DNA from: Octopus vulgaris
Taxonomy: Eukaryota
NCBI GenBank assembly: GCA_951406725.2
Contig: OX597817.1
Coordinates: forward strand, 110,794,001 to 110,858,000
DNA: 64,000 bases
Reading direction: 5' to 3'
A model generated the notes under the pieces. It worked only from the letters and a program-made list of their open reading frames with translations, had not been told where the DNA came from and did no database searches. Within the stretch, counting starts at the first letter, position 1. The number at the start of each line of letters is the position of its first letter. A program made the position numbers and the translations under genes. Below, in pieces: positions 37,481 through 51,157 of this stretch.

Positions 37481-37967
37481 GATCTGAACATCATATATAT
37501 ATATCACTCAATCCTTTGAGCTTTTTTTTTTACTCATTAAACAACAGAAGATATTTCATTGTTGAGTATGTAGCATTACATTAACAATTGCTGTGTAAAA
37601 CTGTTTGTTTCTTGTTATGTTTTTAGAGCAGTGATCTTTCAAAAAAAAGGGGGGGGGGGGCAAGTGCTAAAATTAAAATTTACATTTATACACATCAAAA
37701 TTAGCTTGTGTGTATGTTTAAAAAATATTTACTTGTAAAAGTCTAAATTAGTAATTAAATGTTTTAAAACTTTAAATAAAGATGTAAGTTGAAGAAATTA
37801 GTGATGGTCTACCTTAGTTTTAAAGTCATTTAATAAAGTTCAAAATTTTGAATAAGTTTATGTGAAGGGAGGAGACATGGATTCTAATGTTCCAAGCAGT
37901 GCCCGTCTTTGGAGATGGAGAAATTTAAAGTGTTCATTAAAACTCGTTCAAATTTGTAAAAATTAAA

Positions 37968-38370
37968 AGGTGCAGGCATGGTTAGATGCAAGTATGGCTC
38001 TATGATTAAGAAGCTTGCTTTGAAACCATTTGGTTTTGAGTTTGATCTCACTACATGACATCTTGGGTAAGAATCTTCTTGTATAGTCTTGGACTAGTAA
38101 TGCCTTGTGAGTGAAATTTGAAAGATTGAAACCCTATAGAAGCTGTCATGTGTGTGCGCATATACATGCATACCTTTGTGTATCTTTGCAGTGGTGATGT
38201 TTATGTCCTGCTTAAAGAAAAATGCTCAGTGACTCATGTTGTCAAGTTGTGGAATAAGTACCTTACTTGAAAACAAGATTTGACTTCAAGAAAGGCATCC
38301 AGCCATAAAATACTGCCTCAGCAAGCCTTGTCCAACCTATGTCATCATCAGAAAAGAGGATACAAAACAA
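37968..38370 (+). mobile_element. Degenerate SINE B (tail ii)
   Basis: AGGTGCAGGCATGG, TAAGAAGCTTGCTT, CCTTGTGAGTG, AAGGCATCCAGCCATAAAA and GTCCAACCTATG. Confidence 0.6.
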
Positions 38371-41300
38371 ATTGAAAGAAATACTTCACTTATGTATAGT
38401 AGTTAACTTTAGTAATGTGTAATAAGATAGACAGCAGTTATTCTGATAGTGTTCTCTCAATAGTGTTTTTGGCATAAATGCTATTACCTCTCCCTAACAT
38501 AAAGCACTTATTATAAGAAGAAAAAAAAAGGAAGATGAGTGATGTAAACATCTTAGTAATGTGTACAGCAAAGTGTGACTGCATGTCTACAATATAAAAT
38601 GATGTAAATGTTGAGCTGTTAAGCTCAGCCAGATGTTCAGTTAATTTTGGAGTAAACTGTAGATAGATAATCTCTATAAGTGTTCAGAAATGGTAGATCT
38701 GGGATATAATTAGCTCACTAGTAAGGAAACAGGACAGCTATTTAGTCATCAACATATTAAAATAGATGCAAATATAGATATCAGAAATAGAAGGTAGCAG
38801 GAAAAACTGTTGATAGCTTTTGTTTTTGTTCATCTTCTTTCATCCTTGACTATTTCTTCTATAAAGCAAGCTGTATGTTTGGGTTATTTTAGTCTCTATT
38901 CACACCACTGTTACCTGGCAGGCAGGTAGATGAGCGACTTCATGCAAGGGGGGAAAAAAGGTGGGGTGGAATCACTCTACTTCAACTGCTGACATAATAT
39001 TTTGATATGCTTTGAAGAGGAAAATTACTTCAGCTCAGTTAACTACAGATTTAAAGCAAGTTGTTTTTACTCTTATTGAATTGAGGGATTTAACAAAGCT
39101 ACTACATTTCTCTCTCTTACTCCACACCATACAGAGGATATAAATGTGTGGTACATGGTCATACATTTGGGGAGAGTACAGTCTTTAAATCAACATTAGC
39201 ACTTGGCTGATATTTTGTTTTAGTGACTCCAATAAAATGAAAGACAAAGTTGGCTTTGGTGGGATTTGAGCTTAGAGTTTAAAAGGGACTTGCAAGGAAT
39301 TTCTTTCAGTGTTGTAATGATTCTGTTAATCCACTAGGAGTGCACCTTTTGTGCTTAAACTGACATGCATTCAGAAGCAGTCTAACCATGACCATCATTA
39401 CATTTTAAGGCATTTCTAGCACTACATTATCCAATATGTCCTTTCTTGTTTAAATTGGTTTAATTTTAATTCTAGCAAATCAAGCTACCACGTATAGGCT
39501 GACTTACAGTATGGTACAGTGTGGTTACCAACCATAATGATACATGGCTTACTGAGGATGTTAATCTTGTGGGTTGTTCTCATGGATTTATTTCAATATT
39601 TCCATCTGAGTTTGAGTTGGTTATACTGGTGCTACTGAATAGTTACAACAGTATGTAAATAAGGAACATGTTAAATGCAAGAAAATATTTTGGGTGATTG
39701 ATGGCATCTAACATTAACGAAACTTCATTACATTTAGTTTTCTTCAACAAAAAAAGAATGACTGATTGCTTTAAACCTGACAGAACATTACATTTGATAT
39801 GGAAAGACACACTAGTATCCTGTAAAGAAATAAAATGATGGTGATGATTATATTTTTTACATAGATATAGTTCCCCTTAGTTTAAAAGGCAGTTGGAATG
39901 AAAAGGTGACATTCAAATCTTTCTCAAGGGCATTAATAATATAGGTGAACTTTATCTTCAGGAAACACAATGCTGTTGTTTCATATTGTCTTTTTCATAC
40001 TTTCAAATTTACATTGGAGATCCAATCTGCATAGACTGAAGCATAACCCCCAGATTGATGTGGCTGGGCAATGCAACATCAGATGATCTGTGTCTTTTGG
40101 CATTATCTGACATGCTGGACATGTAGGGATTCACAACAATATTCCTATTGATGCAGACTAGTTATTCCGTGGCTTTACCTCAGCCTATTTGTGAATGTTC
40201 ACCACTTTCTGGTTCTCTCTCTTCATCTGTTATTACAGGTGTTGGTGATCATGGATCTCCATGCCATGAGTTTTAGAATTAATGAATTTTGTCGGGAAAG
40301 ATAGTAGTGGTTTCTTCATTTCCTTCTGCTAGTTTGTTTACTGTTTTGCCTGCTAATCTTCTGCTCTTCTGAGCTTATCCTTGAAGTCAAGATTATTTAA
40401 CCCATTGGTAAGGGGACTGGTTCATGTGATATCAGAGCATGTTCACTTATTGGTGGGTCTGTTTGACACATATCTAAGGGTCCGCTTGCCTCAAAGTTCT
40501 GCAGTCTTAGCCACAAGACCATCTTCTGACTGAGGCCATTGATAGGTATTTTCATTTCAGGTCCAGAACATGTCTGAAGGAATAGTAACTAAGGGATAAG
40601 TGATTTCAGGCTCCTTGAAATTCTGAACTGGATCCCCACTTATGGATGCAGTGTTGCCCAGGACTAACCTTCTAAGTTACACAACAGAAACTAAAGAATC
40701 ACAATATTCTAATAGAGGTGTAAAGCTAGTAATTTGAGGATGGGAACAGTTGCTTATGTTGACCTCTATATTTGACTAATATGTATTTTTTTGAACCAGA
40801 AGAATAAAAGTAGGATTTGAACTTAGAATGCAAAGAGCCAGAATAAATATCAATAAGAATTTCTCCAACACTCCAATGATTCTGTTATTGCCTCACCTTA
40901 TACATTTCTAACAATTATGAAAATATTTTGATTTCTTAAGTCGACAAGAAACCTTAAAGCTATGAAAAAGTGGAGGTTGAGTCAGTCATGCTTTTCAAAA
41001 AGTCATTAACATGATACTTGAAGCTGTTTAATCAAAGTATTGAAAATTAGGTCATTTACTGCGAATACATCATAGTAGTACATATTTGTATCATAATGAT
41101 GGTGATGATGTGGGTGATTATAATTATTCTTTGACAAGTTTTGAAGTTAGCTATATGTTAATGTCCTTCATGGTTTTTAAATATTGATTTTTTCCCCCCC
41201 TCTATAATAATAGTGCAATACAACATAGCCTCCCTGTCTTTTTATATATTTCTTTTTCAGTCAGACAAAGAACAGATAAAACAATGAAACAACCACTAGT

Positions 41301-42644
41301 ATGTTAAGGCTAATTTAAATCTAAATGCTGTTTATAAATAGGATGACTTATCAGATTAGATCAGTTGGTTGATGTTTTATGGTCAGGAAATTCTAGTCAG
41401 AGCATCATCTACTATTTTTACTCTAAGGAACTTATAAGTTCCTGCACATGCTATTATAAGTTAATTTTGAAAAATCTGTGATTCTAGCCATTGGTTCATA
41501 TTTGATGCATTAAATGATATCTCACAGAGAATTTATAGAAGCTTAATCAGCATAGTGGCTACAAAAATAGATCCAGTTGGTTCTTTTGTTTTGTACTAAT
41601 AAAAATATTGACAAAATTTATAATTTCTTTCCAAATATTTCATGCTAATAAGCTAAACAGACTCATTATTTGGAAATTATGATAGTTTTGGCAGGGATAA
41701 TGAAACCTGCTATAAATAATAATAGTCAGTCTACATTGATGTTGATGAAGAGCAAATCAGTACCAGGATATTTGTCTGTAATTCTTCTGTAGAATGTCTT
41801 TGTAGATGATTACTTGCTCAGTAGGTTTTGAGATAAATTCTGCTTTAATCCTGAATAAGTTTCAGGTTAGATATTAGATTTTGGTTAATAATGCAAGCTA
41901 TGAATTTTTAGTTACTTTTCTATGCAATATATTTTATATCTTAACTTGTTAAATAAAAAGAAAAAGGTGTCTGGTCAATTTGTTGATGGCAACCTGAACA
42001 TACTGTTCAGTGCAGATACTTGAGAGAGAGAGTTAAAGGGGTTAAAGAAAGGAAAGAAAAATATCTAAAACTGTCTAACAACATTCTAAATTCTAAAGTG
42101 ATTGTTCAAAACCTGCCCTTGAAAATCACATTTAAGAGTATTTTGGGATGAATTGGTTAGCGACGGGTTGACCTGGGGATGAATTAATAGATGATGAATT
42201 GACCAGGGACAAATTAACGAATGATCAAACAACTGGAGACAAATTGTCCTAGCACCAAAAAAAGAACTTATGATACAAAGGTTTATAACACAGTTTATAA
42301 CAGAAATTCTTTGAACCAATGAAGGAATCTCTACTTTGTCACTTGACTTGTTTGAAATAACAACTAAATCTCCCTGAAATCACACACTACTGACTTTTCA
42401 TCATAGGTTTGGCTAACAACAGCAGAAATCCAACTGAGTGTCATCCTGTCCTAAGTTGTTAATATTGTCTATTGAACTTTTTAATATGTAATTTTAAATG
42501 TATTAGATTTACTGTAAGTAGCTAATAAATATGTCAAAGAACTTTCTTTTGGAAAAAATACTTGATTAAGTATGAAAAATCTAATTTTGATTTCATGTTA
42601 TTGCTAGTTTCCAGCAATAGAAGATATAATCTACCAGATGGTAT

Positions 42645-42820
42645 TAGTTGTTGTTGTTGCTTAGTCTGGTTGAACAGTCTTATGGTCAATGGCATTCCTG
42701 GTATGACTATGTCATCTTTTTTTGGGTATTTAGAAAACTACATTATCTAATGTGTCCTACCCTTATATATGACAGGTGTGGTTTAAAGGAGATTTGTTGA
42801 CTGTTTCACATAGAAGCTTG
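42645..42820 (-). mobile_element. Degenerate SINE D
   Basis: (TTG)n, TATGGTCAATGGCATTCC, ACTACATTATCTAATGTGTCC and GGAGATTTG. Confidence 0.6.
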
Positions 42821-44694
42821 TGGTGCTATTAGATAGGTATGTGCAATTAGCGGTCAACTGTTTCAATTTATTTTTTATTTATGTTGAACAAGAAGGATTG
42901 AGACCAAGACACTTTTTTACCTTGTGTTTGAAATAATATCTTGTATTTGGTTGAGCGACTGTTTTACCAACTGCACCACAATGAAATTTTGCAGATATTA
43001 TTTTGGGTGATATCTCGTGTTTTTATACTGTTTAATTGAAGTGATTCTCAATATAGGAATCTATAATATTTTCACAGGAATTATTCAATAGATTTAGTGT
43101 GTGTTTTCAAAGAATCCATTTTCCATTTGTGATGGCTAGATGTACCAAACTCTGACCAGAATCACAACTAAATGCTTGTAGTGGATCTGAACTCATAACA
43201 TATTTGAAAATGCTTTTAATACTTTATATAAATTCAACCCATTTCCCCTCCACAATGCTTTGTAAAATGATATAATCCAAAGAGGTATGCCTTCAGTTTT
43301 ATAGTTAACATGTGTATTGCAAATTATTACAATATACAAAAACATAAATGACGATATAGTGTGACTGTAATTATCCTCTCTTACAGCAAAATCATTCTTA
43401 TATACTCATGTGAATAGTTAATTCATGTTTCTTGGATTACTTTATTGTGTTTATATGTGTGTGATGCCATGTGCAAACATTTGTATACTTTTATGCATGA
43501 AAGGAGTATAAATGTTCATGTAACTGTTTTCCATTAGAAGAAATTGCTGTCTGTTAAATATTGTTGTCCACCTTAATGTGCTGTCTGCTTACCTTTTCTT
43601 ATGTAAACATTTGCTAGTTATCCTCAGGGGAACAATTCTTTAAATATTCCAGCATCCTTATACACCTGCACAAATGCTTTTGTCTAGAAAAGACAAAATA
43701 ATAAATACTCTTCAAGGCAATGGTATTGTCTTTCACCAGAAAGTATATCCCACAAAGCTGTCTCTCTATCAAATTATTTAAGAATTAGCATATGCATATG
43801 TATATTTGCACATGCACATGTATATTAAGGCATACACAGAGAATGCAAGAAAAACAGGTATTTAACACTGACAGCACATCATGTCAAATAACTTCAAATG
43901 TACTTGTGGTCAGCCAATTTGGCAATGACTAAATGGTTGAATATCTGGAATATTGCTATGATAAATACATTACTTTTGCTGAAATATTATTAATATTATA
44001 TTGTTATGCTTGGGTATGGTCATATTTTGCCAATTAAACACATGCATTATATATTTGGTCTTCACTTCAGCTTTATTATTATTATTTTAGTTTCTTTATC
44101 AAAGTTTTTTCGTCATACATCTTGTGACCTCTTCATCGACTCTTAATCACATGTGTCTCCTCTTGTTTGCTTATTCCATTTTGTTTTTCTGTGATATGTA
44201 TTCTTATTTGCACACAGAAAGGCAATATGAAATAAACAGAAGAAGAAACATGTGGGATAGAGAGTCATTGAAGAGGTCACAGAGTGTGTGGCAAAAGAGC
44301 TTTGACAAAGAAATTAAATAATAATCATAAAGCTGAAGTGAAGACCAAATATATTGTGCATGTTTAATTGGCAAAATGTGACCATCCCCAAGTATAACAA
44401 TATTTGTTTCAACACACAATTCCACTTCAAGAATCTTGTAAAAGAAACACATAAACATAATTATTAATATTTTATTCAGATAATATTAATAAAATTACAA
44501 ATCTAAAATTACTCTGTTAGTACTAGAAAATACATCTGAATATATATATAACTACCATATGATAAGGTCATACTATATGAATATATTGCATAACAGATGA
44601 AGCATTTGTTCAAAAACCATGATGTTTTTTGTTTATTTTAGTCATTTACTGCTATTTTACATTCAATTGTAAATACTATCATGGGTGGCTTTTT

Positions 44695-44880
<186 letters not shown>

Positions 44881-45974
44881 GAAACAATTATTTTTACACT
44901 TAGTTGCTCTGACAACTCATCTGCAAAGTCGGAGTTAAATATTTATTGTCATCTAAGTAGGCTGAGGCAAGAAGTTGTGTGTTCAGAAGTCCAACAAATA
45001 CAGTATTTTGGATTACTGGCATTCTCATATCTATTGTGTCATACAAAGGAAACAAAATGACCTTATCAGCTGGAATTATCTTCAATTTTACATCTATATA
45101 TTTCCATGAATAAAATTATTCTAATCATTGTCTTATCAACAGCTACTGCTATTTGATGTCATCTGTGATGAGCATGTTCTAAGATCTCTTCCATACATTA
45201 AGTCAAATAAAGCCCTTGTCAGCTGAATTTCACAGAAAGACTAAATGATCATTGACATGGCACTATATATTTATTAATATTACAAACAATCCAAACAGTG
45301 AAATCATTTTCATGTCATTAGGAAAAAAGAAATCTAAGATTTTGGGCAGAATTCCTTTGTTGGAGAGAAAGGAATGTCTGCTGTTGTTGAAGGGATTTAT
45401 ATTAGTAGAGGAAGTGGAAGAGATGGAAGGAAGGAGTATGAGGTAACAAGTCTTAATGCAGGGAGGAGGCAGCAGTTAGAGAAAATAACAGAAACACTAG
45501 CAGACTTACATGTGTAGATGTGCATGTGTTTTTATGTCTTAACAGCATTTCTTTGTCATTAGCGCCTTCCTCTTAACATTCTTCAAATCTTTATTTTTCT
45601 CCTCTCACAGACCACTTCCTCCCTTCACTATCAGTTGTCACCTCATCCTTCTCCCTTCCCTCCCCGTTTTTCTTTCTGTCACTTACAGCCAATTCTCTTC
45701 TCTCTGATGAAGGACCCAGTTTGAAATCCCTGAAAAATTAGACTATATATGTTTGAATCACTTGTATTATTTTTTTGCTGATGCAAAGCAACACTACTCA
45801 GAATTGTCTGAAATAGCCATGAGGATTGAAAAGGCTTGCTCAGTGTTTCCAACAATTTCAAACCTAATTCTGAAGTAGATGGTCCACAACACCCATTAGT
45901 TTCAAATGGTTTTGGTTGAAATATATACTGTCTGACAAGATTACATATGGTACTGTCTAGATGTCATTCAGCTG

Positions 45975-46025
45975 ATTGAGGCTTTGTGAGTGAATATGAT
46001 TGGTAGAAACTGAGAGAAGCCATCA

Positions 46026-46056
<31 letters not shown>

Positions 46057-46371
46057 TGCCAGCCTCGCCTGGCCCCCGTGCCGGTGGCACTTAAAAAGCA
46101 CCATCCGATCGTGGCCGTTGCCAGCCTTGCCTGGCCCCCGTGCCGGTGGCACATAATAAGCACCATCCGTCCATGACCTGTGCGGGTGGCACATAAAAAG
46201 CACCCACTACACTCACGGAGTGGTTGGCGTTAGGAAGGGCATCCAGCCGTAGAAACACTGCCAGATCAGACTGGGCCTGGTGCAGCCTTCTGGCTTCACA
46301 GACCCCAGTTGAACCGTCCAACCCATGCTAGCATGGAAAGCGGACGCTAAATGATGATAATGATGATGATG

Positions 46372-46434
<63 letters not shown>

Positions 46435-46725
46435 CTATATGTGTGTGTATAAATGTGTATGTGTATTTGTGTTTCTTTGTCTTAATATTGCAAGCAAACA
46501 TCATTGTCATATAAATGGTGTCACTCATTTGTAGTCTTTGAAAACATGTTTTACCATAGAGCTGTTGGTATTTGTAGTATAAGGGGGTGTATTACTCTGC
46601 TTTAAAGCATATGTGAATTGATAACAGTATGAATATCTGGCCATTGAAAACTTGCCTCAATAAATTTTGTTCAACCCATGCAATCATGCAAATATAGATG
46701 TTAAATTGATGATGATGATGATAAC
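45975..46725 (+). mobile_element. SINE B (tail ii, 5'-truncated) with a young RTE-type insertion in its microsatellite
   Basis: GCTTTGTGAGTG...GAAACTGAGAGAAGCC lies before 46056. The tail-ii module and AACCCATGCAATCATG..GATGTTAAATTGATGATG lie after ~46470. Confidence 0.65.
46057..46373 (+). mobile_element. Young RTE-type 3' end (family C)
   Basis: CpG-rich, with three GGTGGCAC.TAA.AAGCACC subrepeats. It ends CCCATGCTAGCATGGAAAGCGGACGCTAAATGATGAT and has (TA)n on both sides. Confidence 0.9.
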
Positions 46726-48259
46726 TTATATTGTACATCCAGTTAACTCTAGACTCTTCCTTTACAATCTGTGCTAATCCTTTCTCACAAGTACAACTTA
46801 ATTCTGAATTGCAACCAAAATAAAAAAGAGATACTAAACAATTTTAATTAATTTTATTTTTATTTTGCTTTGGTTCCTATGGTTGAAAAATTATTGAATG
46901 ACAGTATTGCAGCAACAGTGACTTCACCACCACTGCTGTGCCTGGGCTGCTTCCAGTTGCATGTACCCAAACCAAGTACACTAACCACCTCTCTGCTCAT
47001 AGATACTCTACAAAAGAAAGTCAATATATTTGCAGTAGCCATAGAGCCTCAGGGAATGTTAGATATTGGTTAAATATAAGAGTCATTCCTTCCAGATGAT
47101 CTGTAGGAGTTTATTCCCTTGGCTTTTTAAAAAAATGTTCAGTATAATACTCCACAGGGTAGCAACAGGAAAGACTTCAAGAGTGTGGTAAAATTTAGAT
47201 AGCTATTGAAGGCTTGATATGGTAGTAAGAACAGAAGTAGATTAAACAAGAGACTGAAGAGAAGGGCAGAAAGTGGAAGGAAAAAGTATTTCTTCCTACT
47301 CCACCACCAAAACCACAATTATTACATGTAAACAAGTAAAAAATAAACTAAAATCAACAACAATGTTTGCTAAGCAAGAAAAAAAGCAAAAAAAAATTCA
47401 TAGCTGATAGTACTGATGATGACGAAGTTAAGACAAGATTTGTTGAACCATACTTTAGATTTCAGATATTAATCAGTTTCAGCCTATCATGAATGTGGTG
47501 ACATTTTTGTATGTTTTCTTTTTTCTTTTATATTTTTTTTTTGTTAGAAAATTTCACAGCTATGTCTGTTGACAAACAGATCAGTCAAGATAAAAATCAG
47601 GTGTTGGCCAGCTAGCAATAGCAGCTAAATCTCCCTTAAATCATATATCCTAACCTCTTAATTCAGGACATATTTCAGAATTTTCCTTCAAAATGTTTTA
47701 AACCTTCCTCTCATCTTCCAATTATCTGCTTGGTCTTTTTTTTTCCCCTCCTTATCATCATCATCAGTCTTCCCATCATCTTCTTTGTCATCACCATTGC
47801 CATTACCACCACCATTTTGCTCTTATCCCCTTATGGTAAGAAAGTCAGCATAAATACTTTAGAATGTTTTTCCATCCACTCCCTATAAGTTATGAGATAA
47901 AACTGTGAGCAATTCTTGCGAAAGAATGACTTTATCTAAGTTTTTATTATGCATATGTCTGCAAGGATTAGATCTAAAAATCATCATTCTTGGTATCTCA
48001 TCCGCCAACTGGATCAAACTGAATAACACAAAATTACAGTGGAAAAGATCTCATTTCCGCTTTTTTATGTTTGTGTGCAATTGGAATGCAAAAGTATATC
48101 TATATTAGTGTAGTTATGTGATGGTGGGGAGAGCTATACTTCAGTAGGAAATGTAGATATATAAATAGATATTCATATCTTTCTTTGACATGCACACACA
48201 CACACATACATGCATGTGTATACACACACACACGCACACACATATATGCATATATATAT

Positions 48260-48493
48260 CTATTTCTTTACTACCCACAAGGGGCTAAACACAGAGAGGA
48301 CAAACAAGGACAGACAAAGGGATTAAGTTGATTACATCGACCCCAGTGCATAACTGGTACTTAATTTATCGACCCCGAAAGGATGAAAGGCAAAGCCGAC
48401 CTCGGCAGAATTTGAACTCGGAACATAATGACAGACGAAATACCGCTAAGCATTCTGCCCGGCGTGCTAACGTTTCTGCCAGCTCACCGCCTT
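48260..48493 (-). mobile_element. Young full-length SINE A
   Basis: The minus strand reads AAGGCGGTGAGCTGGCAGAAACGTTAGCACGCCGG...GAGTTCAAATTCTGCCGAGGTCGGCTTTGCCTTTCATCCTTTCGGGGTCGATAAATTAAGTACCAG. 18-bp flanking repeat ATATATGCATATATATAT at 48242-48259 and 48494-48511. Confidence 0.92.
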
Positions 48494-48866
48494 ATATATG
48501 CATATATATATATATCATTAACTGTTGGGCTTGTGTTGTTTTGAGTTTATCCAATCAAAACCTGCCTAGATATTCAAATTTTAACATCCTCAGGGCCATC
48601 TTAGCTGCATCTGCTATGCCTTAAGCTGACACTGAACATCTCTGTGAATGTTTTAAATACATTTCTATACATTACATTTTCTAAATTTGTACAAGGTTTG
48701 GAAAGAAGAAACCTTATGAAGTTTCAGCTTCTAATACGATATATTACTCTGCTTCAATTATTGAATACTTTCTTTTGTTCTACATTGAGTTTATGTATAC
48801 ACACATAGCATAGATACAAGCACATATGTGTGTTTATATGAATACCTTTAAACATATATTCTAGTA

Positions 48867-49290
48867 AGGTGCTGGAGTGGCTGTGTGGTATGTAGCTTGT
48901 TTACCAACCACATGGTTCCAGGTTCAGTCCCACTGCGTGGCACCTAGGGCAAGTGTCTTTTACTATAGCCTCGGGCCGACCAAAGCCTTGTGAGTGGATT
49001 TGGTAGACGGAAACTGAAAGAAGCCCGTCGTATATATGTATATATATATGTGTGTGTGTATGTTTATGTGTCTGTGTTTGTCCCCCTAGCATTGCTTGAC
49101 AACCGATGCTGGTGTGTTTATGTCCCCGTTACTTAGCGGTTTGGCAAAAGAGACCGATAGAATAAGTACTGGGCTTACAAAAGAATAAGTCCCGGGGTCG
49201 AGTTGCTCGATTAAAGGCGGTGCTCCAGCATGGCCGCAGTCAAATGACTGAAACAAGTAAAAGAGAGTAAAGAGAAAAGAGAGTAAGAAG
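48867..49290 (+). mobile_element. Young full-length SINE B (tail i)
   Basis: A-box-like GTGGCTGTGTGGTA and B-box-like GGTTCAGTCCC, a central TA/TG microsatellite, and a 3' end CAGTCAAATGACTGAAACAAGTAAAAGAG. CpGs are retained. Confidence 0.92.
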
Positions 49291-50199
49291 GAAGATAAAT
49301 GTATGTGTATGTATGTATGTGTGTGTGTATGAGAGAAAGAAATACGTATGTACATACATATATATATGAATGAGAGAAGCACATGTATATATACATTTAT
49401 ATATGCATGCATATACATTAAACATAAATCCTACAATGTTTTTCTTACCATTTTCCCCTTCCAGCTGCCATATGATTGCTTGAACTGTTTTAGTTTCATC
49501 TGCCACTGTTCATTCAAGATATTGCTCTTTTCCTGCCATTAATGATTTAATCTGTGATATTAAAAAAAGAAGAAAAAAATTTAACTTATGTCATATCATT
49601 AACTTTTCTTCCTTTAGTTTTGTTAATTTATGTTTTGCTTCATTTTTATTTTTGATTTCTGTATTTATTTAGCAGTGAGAAAAATGATTTTTGGTATTTT
49701 TTGTTTTGTATTTATTTTTCTTTAATATTAAGTAAGGACTGTGATTGGTTAAACATGGTGATCTCATAATTGGCGAAATAAGGAAAAACGCATGTGTTCA
49801 TTTTATACACACACACACGCATGTACACATGCACACACACACACACACATAAATACATACACACATATCAATGCATATATATACACACACATATATACAT
49901 ACATGCATGTGCGTGTGTGTGTGTGTGTGTGTGCAAGTAAATATGTACTTTAAGTTTTTGTCATAGTTGAAGAAATAGTTTTTGCTCATGCTTGCACATG
50001 CATATATATTCATACATGTGTGTTGTTAATTACACATGTATAAACCTTGTATTTTTTTTTGTCATGATGATTTATTAATTTGTTCTGTCTATGGAAAACA
50101 TTACCTTACTTAGTGAGGCTTGGTAGCAGGAAGAGTACCCAGCCATAGAAAATCAGCTTCACAAAATTTTGTTTGATCCATGCAAGCATGGAGAAAAAG

Positions 50200-50255
<56 letters not shown>

Positions 50256-50257
<2 letters not shown>

Positions 50258-50304
50258 TGTACATTTAAACACATAGAGATATCTTATGTGTTTAAATGTA
50301 CACT
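50256..50304. repeat. Near-perfect palindrome with 20-bp perfect arms
   Basis: AGTGTACATTTAAACACATA-gagatatct-TATGTGTTTAAATGTACACT, immediately after a long (TA)n. Confidence 0.92.
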
Positions 50305-51157
50305 ATATTTATATGAATAATATATAGTCTACTGACTAAATTTTTACATGCTAATAGAAATTTCTTTTACTATAGCCTGGTAATAGAAATTTCTTATATT
50401 TCTGATTACCCTTTGATATTAATTATATATATATATATATATGTATATGGAAAAATAGGAAAATGAGTAGAGAATATAATGAACAAAGCATTCTAAAAAC
50501 AGAAATGATAAGATTTGTAGTTTTTTTCTCCTATGTTAAGTTTATTTTATCTCAAATTCTCTAGTATCTCACTAAATTGTTTTGAGCAGTAGAGGCAAGT
50601 TTAGAATGAACCAAGACCATACTTTCAAGATTTAGCTTTTATATCCAACTTCAAGCTATTTCACATTACATATGTTATCCAGGAAAATGCTTTACTACTA
50701 CTGCCGATGCATAGTTGAATACTTGGAATTAAAAAGAACATCCACTTGGAAAATATTACTTCCAATATTTTATGTGGGCATTCTCTCCTACATGTCATGT
50801 AAATCTCTACACATCATCACATAAGTGACAGGATGGTGAAAAAATGAAAATTTAAGCTGTTCATTGAATATTTTATCTCACAAGAAATATAAGATAATCA
50901 ATTACTTATCTTTTTGTAGTTGGAGGTATTTAGTATGGAGTAATTAATTAAATTTATTGACTTCAGTGAGTATGGGAAATACTACTTGTGACATTTGTAT
51001 CTTTTCCAAGTGTTTTGGGGACGTAAGAGGGGAGGGGAAAAAGCTATAATCAAATACTGATAATAAGCTATGGATTGACTTATATATGCTGTTCACCATT
51101 CTTGCAAGTTAACAAAATTTGTTTCAAAGATGTGAGAAGTCATTTTTCAGTTACAGA

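Noticed and set aside
48867-48945. tRNA-like A/B boxes as a tRNA gene
   Set aside because: This is the head of a multicopy SINE, with no complete cloverleaf evident.
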